Assembly: GCA_964518135.1 (NCBI GenBank)
Contig: CAZFEY010000002.1
Location: forward strand, 1 to 53,003
Length of the DNA stretch: 53,003 nucleotides
From: an uncultured Candidatus Saccharibacteria bacterium
Lineage (GTDB): Bacteria; Patescibacteriota; Minisyncoccia; Minisyncoccales; 2-12-FULL-40-12
Direction of reading: 5' to 3'
Both the position numbers and the translations under genes were made by a program. This document shows positions 47,459-53,003 of the stretch, one piece after another. Positions within the stretch are counted from its first letter, which is position 1; every line of letters starts with the position of its first letter. Below the pieces are notes generated by a model. That model saw only the letters and a list, made by a program, of their open reading frames with translations. It was not told the origin of the DNA and searched no databases.

Positions 47459-47522
47459 TGGACAATTTTTAAAATCAGTGATATAGCTAATTTAGCAAAT
47501 AAAAGAAAGGAGGTTCACCGAA

Positions 47523-47861
47523 ATGGGAACCACGAGCATCGGAAACCAGCCGGCAACACTAGCAGAAAAGGCAGTGAATACCGCCTTACATTCACTTAAA
47601 ATCCCACCTCTCTGCAAATTTTTAGGAGGAAGGGTCGTCAAAAGTATTTCGGCGCTGATAGTTGAAGGTCGTCGTGGGTTCAGGGTTACCTTTTTCAGTC
47701 CTAGTGGCCCGATGGACACTAGGTTAATCATCGTGGGTACTCGAGACCCTAAGACGCCTCCGATTTCCGAAGTTCTTTATATTCAGATAGAACAGAAGGT
47801 TGTCAAAAAGAGAGACAAGGTGCGTCGAAAGGTTATCGAGGCAATCGAGTCTTCGTTTTGA
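47523..47861 (+). CDS. Small hypothetical protein, paralog A (112 aa)
   Basis: AAGGAGG Shine-Dalgarno 8 nt upstream. Shares 'F.GGRVV' and a C-terminal 'KVRRKVIEAIESSF' block with paralog B. Has its own terminator. Confidence 0.65.
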   Translation: MGTTSIGNQPATLAEKAVNTALHSLKIPPLCKFLGGRVVKSISALIVEGRRGFRVTFFSPSGPMDTRLIIVGTRDPKTPPISEVLYIQIEQKVVKKRDKVRRKVIEAIESSF

Positions 47862-47888
47862 AAACAGATCGGTAAAAGATATTGAAAT

Positions 47889-47915
47889 CCCGTTGCCATT
47901 GCGACGGGTTTTTTT
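47889..47915 (+). terminator. Rho-independent terminator
   Basis: CCCGTTGC-catt-GCGACGGG + T7. Confidence 0.8.
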
Positions 47916-47958
47916 GATTCGATACGGTTTGTTCTTGCTTGCGGTAAGAGGATTGGGA

Positions 47959-47986
47959 TAGACAAATACACAGTTAATGCTATAAA
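47959..47986 (+). promoter_or_regulatory. Promoter TAGACAAAT-N10-TGCTATAAA
   Basis: Same grammar as the promoters at 42799 and 43424. Confidence 0.5.
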
Positions 47987-48027
47987 GAAAACAGTTTTTA
48001 AGATCAAAGATATTGGAGGAGAACAAG

Positions 48028-48375
48028 ATGACGGAACGGTTATCAACTTGGAATGGCGCACTAGTTCCTCGAGCTAGTAAGCTTGTCCACGCCGCTTTGG
48101 TGGCGTGTCGAGAAAGCCGTAAAGAATTTCCTGGTGGGAGAGTCGTGGGAAAGATCGAACCTATCAAATCGATAACGGAAGATGGTACTTACCGTCTTGA
48201 TTTCAGGGTTATTTTTTCTGCGTCAGATCCTCTATCGGACGATGTCAGATTGTTGACTTTAAAACGATATGGCGTGCCATTGCCACAGGTGATTAGCGTA
48301 GGGGTTTCGGACGACGATAGCAGAAGAAAAGTTCGTAGGGTAGTGAAAGAGTTAATAGAAGCGTCGTTTAGTTGA
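48028..48375 (+). CDS. Small hypothetical protein, paralog B (115 aa from the second Met)
   Basis: A GGAGGA Shine-Dalgarno precedes the ATG at 48028; the ORF-track start at 48013 overlaps the SD. 'FPGGRVV' and C-terminal 'KVRRVVKELIEASFS'. Confidence 0.65.
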   Translation: MTERLSTWNGALVPRASKLVHAALVACRESRKEFPGGRVVGKIEPIKSITEDGTYRLDFRVIFSASDPLSDDVRLLTLKRYGVPLPQVISVGVSDDDSRRKVRRVVKELIEASFS

Positions 48376-48396
48376 TAGCGTTATCGTGAAATCGGC

Positions 48397-48427
48397 CCCA
48401 TCGCAAAGCGGTGGGTTTCTTATTTTC
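48397..48427 (+). terminator. Rho-independent terminator
   Basis: CCCATCGC-aaa-GCGGTGGG followed by a T-rich tail. Confidence 0.7.
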
Positions 48428-48475
48428 GAGCACCGAGAGAAAACATTTATTCCCCGACGGAATAGTCTTTGAGAG

Positions 48476-48504
48476 TTGACACCAAAGCCCTATTTTATTA
48501 ATAT
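48476..48504 (+). promoter_or_regulatory. Sigma70 promoter TTGACA-17-TAATAT of groESL
   Basis: Hexamers read directly, immediately upstream of the CIRCE-like repeat. Confidence 0.6.
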
Positions 48505-48510
48505 AGAAAA

Positions 48511-48537
48511 TTGGCACTCGATCCATTCGATTGCCAA
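48511..48537 (+). promoter_or_regulatory. CIRCE-like inverted repeat (HrcA operator type)
   Basis: TTGGCACTC-N9-GATTGCCAA versus the consensus TTAGCACTC-N9-GAGTGCTAA. 8 of 9 positions are self-complementary. Confidence 0.7.
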
Positions 48538-48602
48538 CTCAGGATCGACGCTGAGTAGAGTCGAAGCGTCGAAGGTCACAATTTAATCATTAAAAAACGA
48601 AG

Positions 48603-48734
48603 CCCCGTTAGAAGTTTTAAGACAGAAAAAACAGGTTAGATTTTTTCTGCCACACAATAACGGGGAGACATAATTAATAGCAAGAGTCTGCTCGAAAATA
48701 ACGTAGCGTTATATAAGACAGACTTCTAACGGGG
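48603..48734 (+). repeat. Inverted-repeat leader module, copy 1 (groES leader)
   Basis: 5' arm CCCCGTTAGAAGT (48603-48615) and perfect complement ACTTCTAACGGGG (48722-48734). The last G is nt 1 of the groES GTG. 106-nt interior. Confidence 0.88.
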
Positions 48735-49024
48735 TGAAAATTAAACCATTATCGGATTATATTTTGATTGAGCCGATGAAAAAAGAAGAGAAAACCAAAA
48801 CTGGTATTTTGCTTCCCGACACAGCAGATAAGGAAAGGCCAGAGCAGGGCAAGGTTATTGCCGTGGGTCCCGGCAGAAAAACTTCGTCTGGGAAAGTTCT
48901 CCAAATGGATGTTAAACCCGGAGACAAAGTTTTGTTCACAAAGTACGGACCAAATGAAATAAAGGTTGAAGATAAAGAATATCTAATTGCAAAACAAGAA
49001 GATATATTGGCAATTATAGAATAA
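48734..49024 (+). CDS. groES: Co-chaperonin GroES
   Basis: 96 aa, 'MKIKPLSDYILIEP...KTKTGILLP...GKVIAVGPG'. GTG start. Confidence 0.95.
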   Translation: MKIKPLSDYILIEPMKKEEKTKTGILLPDTADKERPEQGKVIAVGPGRKTSSGKVLQMDVKPGDKVLFTKYGPNEIKVEDKEYLIAKQEDILAIIE

Positions 49025-49159
49025 TTGCAGATTAAAAATTAAAATCTCAAAATGCAAAACGATAATAATTTAGAATTCAAAATAGCAAAAAGAAAAATTC
49101 TCTTCGAATTTTAAACTTTTACTTTTGCGTTTTTGGTTTTGCGTTTGAGCGAAGCGAAT

Positions 49160-50785
49160 ATGGCTAAACAAATTATTTTTGATGAAGCTGCAAGAAAAAA
49201 ATTAAAATCCGGCATTGATCAAATTACCAATGCTGTAAAAGTCACCTTGGGTCCAAGAGCAAGGCATGTTGTTTTAGATAAGGGGTTTGGAGCTCCGGAG
49301 GTTTGTGATGACGGTGTGACTATTACCAAAGAAATTGAATTAAAAGACAAAGTAGAAAATCTGGGAGCCGAGATCATCAAAGAAGTTGCTGAAAAAACCA
49401 ATGATGTTGCTGGAGACGGGACAACTACGGCGGTTGTTTTGTCCAAGGCTCTTATAGAAGAAGGGTTAAAAAATGTAGCAGCTGGTGCCGATCCTTTATC
49501 TTTGAAAAGAGGAATAGAAAAGGGACTTGCTATTGTTGTGGATAATCTAAAGAAAATGGCAAAACCCATAAGCAAACAGGAAGAGATTGCGCAGGTAGCA
49601 ACTATTTCTGCTTTGAATCCGGAGATCGGAAATATGATCGCCGAAGTTTTCTCCGAAGTCGGCAAGGATGGCGTTATCACCGTTGAAGAATCAAAGAAAT
49701 TCGGTCTGGAAAAAGAGATCGTAAAGGGACTTCAGTTCGATAGAGGATATTTATCTCCTTACATGATTACGAATGCCGAAAGAATGGAGTCGGTTTTGGA
49801 GGATCCGTATATTTTAGTTACTGACAAGAAAATTTCAGCTTTAACTGAAATCGTTCCTATAATGGAAAAAATCGTGCAGACAGGAAATAAAGAACTGGTT
49901 ATTATAGCAGAAGAGGTGGAAGGAGAAGCTTTAGCTACCTTGGTCGTAAACAAGCTTCGTGGAGTATTTAATGCTTTGGCCATAAAGGCACCCGGCTTTG
50001 GTGATAGGAGAAAGGAAATGTTGCAAGATATTTCTATCGTTACCGGAGCCCAACTAATTTCGGAAGAGCTTGGTTTGAAATTGGAAAATGTAGAACTTAA
50101 ACAATTAGGCAGGGCAAGAAAGATTGTCTCTGAAAAAGAAAAAACAACTATAATTGATGGTCAGGGAGATAAGAAAGAGATTGATAAAAGAGTGCAGCAG
50201 ATCAGAAGTGAAATTACTCATACAGAATCTGATTTTGATAAAGAAAAACTGCAAGAAAGACTAGCGAAATTGGCCGGTGGGGTTGCTGTTATCAAGGTAG
50301 GAGCTGCCACGGAAGTTGAACAGAAAGCCAAGCAAAGAAAGACAGAAGATGCGTTGAACGCAACAAGAGCTGCCATAGAAGAGGGTGTTTTGCCTGGCGG
50401 CGGCACAGCCTTACTAAGATGTATAGGAGCGTTAGAAAATAATGATTTAACTGGGGATGAAAAAACGGGTCTGTCTATAATCAAAAAAGCCCTAGAAGCA
50501 CCAATTAAACAAATAGCTGAAAATGCTGGTATGGACGGAGCCATTGTGGTGCAGGAGGTAAAGAGCAAGGATGGTAATTATGGCTTTAATGCTCAAGATT
50601 TGAATTATGGAGATCTCATCGCGTTGGGTATTGTTGACCCTACAAAAGTTGTAAGATCTGCCTTGCAGCACGCAGCTTCTGCGGCCGCAATGTTGTTGAC
50701 TACAGAGGTGGTTATTGTTGACGAACCGGATGATGGCAAGAAAACCGACATGTCATCGGGCATGCCCGGAATGGGAGGTTATTAA
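49160..50785 (+). CDS. groEL: Chaperonin GroEL
   Basis: '[15 protein letters not shown]...AGDGTTTA...' with a GGM-like C-terminus 'MPGMGGY'. The ATG at 49160 is preferred over the ORF-track TTG at 49133. Confidence 0.97.
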   Translation: MAKQIIFDEAARKKLKSGIDQITNAVKVTLGPRARHVVLDKGFGAPEVCDDGVTITKEIELKDKVENLGAEIIKEVAEKTNDVAGDGTTTAVVLSKALIEEGLKNVAAGADPLSLKRGIEKGLAIVVDNLKKMAKPISKQEEIAQVATISALNPEIGNMIAEVFSEVGKDGVITVEESKKFGLEKEIVKGLQFDRGYLSPYMITNAERMESVLEDPYILVTDKKISALTEIVPIMEKIVQTGNKELVIIAEEVEGEALATLVVNKLRGVFNALAIKAPGFGDRRKEMLQDISIVTGAQLISEELGLKLENVELKQLGRARKIVSEKEKTTIIDGQGDKKEIDKRVQQIRSEITHTESDFDKEKLQERLAKLAGGVAVIKVGAATEVEQKAKQRKTEDALNATRAAIEEGVLPGGGTALLRCIGALENNDLTGDEKTGLSIIKKALEAPIKQIAENAGMDGAIVVQEVKSKDGNYGFNAQDLNYGDLIALGIVDPTKVVRSALQHAASAAAMLLTTEVVIVDEPDDGKKTDMSSGMPGMGGY

Positions 50786-50792
50786 TGGTTTT

Positions 50793-50828
50793 AAGAGAGT
50801 GGCTAAGATTAGCCGCTCTTTTGTTTTC
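50793..50828 (+). terminator. Candidate terminator after groEL
   Basis: AAGAG(agt)GGCT...AGCCGCTCTT interrupted stem followed by TTGTTTT. Confidence 0.45.
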
Positions 50829-50831
50829 GTG

Positions 50832-50860
50832 TTGATAAATTAGGCAAAATATTTTAATAT
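50832..50860 (+). promoter_or_regulatory. Promoter TTGATA-17-TAATAT for lemA
   Basis: Hexamers read directly. Confidence 0.4.
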
Positions 50861-50931
50861 AAAGACAAGGTCGCCATTAAATAATAATAAATGTTTTCTT
50901 CGCTACGCTTAGAAAATAAAAAATTATTTCT

Positions 50932-51483
50932 ATGAATTGGCTTTTAATAGTATTAATAATCGTTGTTGCGGTTATTTTTTGGGTAATCGCAATGTTTAAC
51001 AGGTTTATTGTTTTAAGGAATCGCGTTAGAGAGTCTTGGTCTGATATCGATGTTCAATTAAGAAGGCGATATGACCTGATCCCAAATTTAGTAGAAACTG
51101 TTAAGGGTTATGCGGTGCACGAGAAAGAGCTTTTTGAAAACGTAACCAAGGCAAGAAACATGGCAATGGGTGCCCAAACAATGAAGGAGCATTCGGAGGC
51201 AGAAAATTTCTTGAGCTCTACGTTAAAATCGCTTTTTGCCGTGTCGGAAAACTATCCCCAGCTGCAAGCTTCCCAAAACTTCCTGGAATTACAGAGAGAA
51301 CTGCGTGATACTGAAGACAAGATTCAGGCCTCAAGAAGATTCTATAACACTAATGTTATGGCATTGAATACTGGTGTTGAAAGTTTTCCTGCAAATATAG
51401 TAGCTTCAATGTTTAACTTTAAAGCGGCAGAATTCTTCGAGATAGAAGAGGCTGCCAAAGCCCCGGTAAACGTAAAATTCTAG
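50932..51483 (+). CDS. lemA: LemA family protein
   Basis: 183 aa. N-terminal TM helix, then 'RNRV.ESWSDIDVQLRRRYDLIPNLVETVKGY..HE...F..V..AR'. Confidence 0.88.
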   Translation: MNWLLIVLIIVVAVIFWVIAMFNRFIVLRNRVRESWSDIDVQLRRRYDLIPNLVETVKGYAVHEKELFENVTKARNMAMGAQTMKEHSEAENFLSSTLKSLFAVSENYPQLQASQNFLELQRELRDTEDKIQASRRFYNTNVMALNTGVESFPANIVASMFNFKAAEFFEIEEAAKAPVNVKF

Positions 51484-51490
51484 ATTCAAT

Positions 51491-52393
51491 ATGCCAACTT
51501 TGTATACTTTGGCGGAAAAAAACGTCCTGAAGTCTTGGGTGTATATTGGTTTTTTCTTAATCTTCATTATTTTGATTGGATGGGCTATAAGTTGGGCGCT
51601 AGACAGTAGCGCCATTCTGATATTCGCGGTTGTTTTTAGCGTTGTGACGAGTTTTTTCTCGTACTGGTATTCAGATAGCATAGTTTTGTCTTTAACGAGA
51701 GCAAAAGAAATTAAGAAAGAAGATAACCCCGAGCTTTACCGTCTTGTAGAAAATCTATGTATCACCGCTGGTCTTCCGTTACCCAAGATATATATATTGG
51801 AAGAAAGTCAACTCAATGCTTTTGCCACAGGTAGGGATCCGAAACATGGCGCGATAGCGGTGACTCGAGGATTGCTTGAGCGATTAGACAGAGTAGAACT
51901 AGAGGGCGTTATTGCTCATGAATTATCACACATTGGGAATAGAGATAGCTTATTATCAACGATAGCTGTTGTATTAGTTGGGATCGTGGTACTTGTTACG
52001 GATTTCGCTTTAAGAACGAGCCTATGGGGTAATAGAGGTAGTCGTCGCGACGACAGGGGTAATAATGCAATTGCTCTTGTTATTGTGCTTGTTTTGGCTA
52101 TCCTAGCTCCTATCATGGCCAATCTATTAAAATTAGCCATTTCCAGAAAAAGAGAATTTTTAGCCGATGCCTCCGGCGCTTTATTGACCAGATATCCAGA
52201 GGGATTAGCATTGGCATTGGAAAAAATATCAAAAGATAGTACCCCATTAAGAGTGGCTAATAATGCCACTTCGCACCTATTTTTAGCCAGTCCTTTTCGG
52301 GGGCAAGAACAGAAAATGTGGTTTTATAAATTATTCTTAACGCACCCGCCAATTGAAGAGCGTGTTTCTGCTTTAAGGCAATTAAAAATTTAA
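51491..52393 (+). CDS. htpX: M48-family zinc metalloprotease (HtpX-like)
   Basis: 300 aa, 4 TM helices. 'HELSHIGNRD' HExxH and a downstream 'EFLAD' Glu ligand context. Confidence 0.88.
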   Translation: MPTLYTLAEKNVLKSWVYIGFFLIFIILIGWAISWALDSSAILIFAVVFSVVTSFFSYWYSDSIVLSLTRAKEIKKEDNPELYRLVENLCITAGLPLPKIYILEESQLNAFATGRDPKHGAIAVTRGLLERLDRVELEGVIAHELSHIGNRDSLLSTIAVVLVGIVVLVTDFALRTSLWGNRGSRRDDRGNNAIALVIVLVLAILAPIMANLLKLAISRKREFLADASGALLTRYPEGLALALEKISKDSTPLRVANNATSHLFLASPFRGQEQKMWFYKLFLTHPPIEERVSALRQLKI

Positions 52394-52411
52394 AGTTTTA
52401 AATCAAAAACT

Positions 52412-52942
52412 ATGAAATGCCCAATAGATAAAGAAGAATTTGATAAGGCAATATTTTATGGAGTTGAAACCGATTGTTGTCCAAAATGTCTTGGGCTTTG
52501 GTTTGAAGAAGAGGAACTAAGAATCGCAAAGGACGTTAAAGACAGAAACTTAAGATGGTTAGATGTGGATTTGTGGAAAGATAAAACCAGATTGAAGATT
52601 GGTAGGGGCGTGAGATTGTGTCCTTCTTGTCGCCTCCCTCTTTATGAAGTACATTATAGCGATTCGAAAATAGTAATTGATATTTGCAATTTGTGTCATG
52701 GCGTTTGGTTGGATAGGGAAGAATTTAAGAAGATCACCAGCTACTTAAAAGAAAAATGCGATAAAGAGGTACTAAATAACTATGCCAAGGATTTAACCGA
52801 AGAATTTTGGGAAGTCTTTTCGGGCCCAGAAAGTTTACGCGAGGAGCTATATGATTTCTTGATGATTTTAAAACTGCTGAATTATAAGTTTTTCACTCAA
52901 CACCCAAATATCGCAAGATTGATATCCAATCTTCCGCGGTAA
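52412..52942 (+). CDS. Protein with two TFIIB-type zinc-ribbon modules
   Basis: 'CPIDKEEF...CCPKCLGLWFEEEEL' and 'CPSCRLPL...CNLCHGVWLDREEF'. Confidence 0.7.
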   Translation: MKCPIDKEEFDKAIFYGVETDCCPKCLGLWFEEEELRIAKDVKDRNLRWLDVDLWKDKTRLKIGRGVRLCPSCRLPLYEVHYSDSKIVIDICNLCHGVWLDREEFKKITSYLKEKCDKEVLNNYAKDLTEEFWEVFSGPESLREELYDFLMILKLLNYKFFTQHPNIARLISNLPR

Positions 52943-52949
52943 AACTTCT

Positions 52950-53003
52950 GGAGGGGTCGCATAGTGGCCTAGTGCGGTTGCTTGGAGAGCAACTATGTCC
53001 GAA
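52950..53003 (+). tRNA. tRNA-Ser (anticodon GGA), truncated by the window end
   Basis: Acceptor GGAGGGG, D-arm, anticodon stem GTTGC/GCAAC with loop TTGGAGA. A long variable arm begins; the 3' half is missing. Confidence 0.7.

Noticed and set aside
49133-49159. TTG-initiated 9-aa extension of groEL.
   Set aside because: The canonical GroEL N-terminus MAKQI... begins at the ATG at 49160.

Overview
AT-rich, tightly packed bacterial chromosomal segment. The gene content is almost entirely information-processing and envelope genes: a secretin-less type IV pilus/competence cluster, a short UvrC, a cupin-type PGI and no biosynthetic operons. This resembles a reduced-genome, Patescibacteria/CPR-like organism, but that is inference only and there is no rRNA in the window. 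Layout, left to right: (1) orphan-looking DNA methyltransferase, B12-binding radical SAM enzyme, NT5C-like nucleotidase, tRNA-Ser(UGA) and a small hypothetical ORF. (2) comFC, divergent from a ~10.5-kb type IV pilus cluster: pilM-N-O, pilB, CheY-like receiver, pilT, pilC, major pilin, pilD and four minor pilins. (3) ligA, ftsW/rodA, and a polytopic membrane protein with TPR repeats. (4) rpoB-rpoC, ftsK, recA. (5) rpsF-ssb-rpsR on the minus strand, then pmm, trpS, rnj, tRNA-Leu(CAG). (6) A minus-strand block of DUF360-like protein, secG, family-5 solute-binding protein and cupin PGI. (7) uvrC, a GC-richer lipoprotein + CPBP protease pair, uvrA, and two GC-richer paralogous small ORFs. (8) groES-groEL with a CIRCE-like operator. 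(9) lemA-htpX-zinc-ribbon protein and a truncated tRNA-Ser(GGA). The most unusual signals are non-coding. First, a ~130-nt module bounded by the inverted repeat CCCCGTTAGAAGT(T) sits exactly against the GTG start codons of both groES and ssb; in ssb it is flanked by a TGAA duplication whose removal restores an ATG start. Second, an ~66-84-nt palindromic three-way-junction element lies directly 3' of both uvrA and uvrC in the same gene-relative orientation. Third, a 26-nt motif occurs upstream of secG and, as three in-frame 21-bp tandem copies, at the 5' end of the PGI gene. Fourth, 33-bp tandem repeats lie in the comFC/pilM divergent region. All calls come from reading the sequence and ORF translations by eye; no database search or folding program was run.
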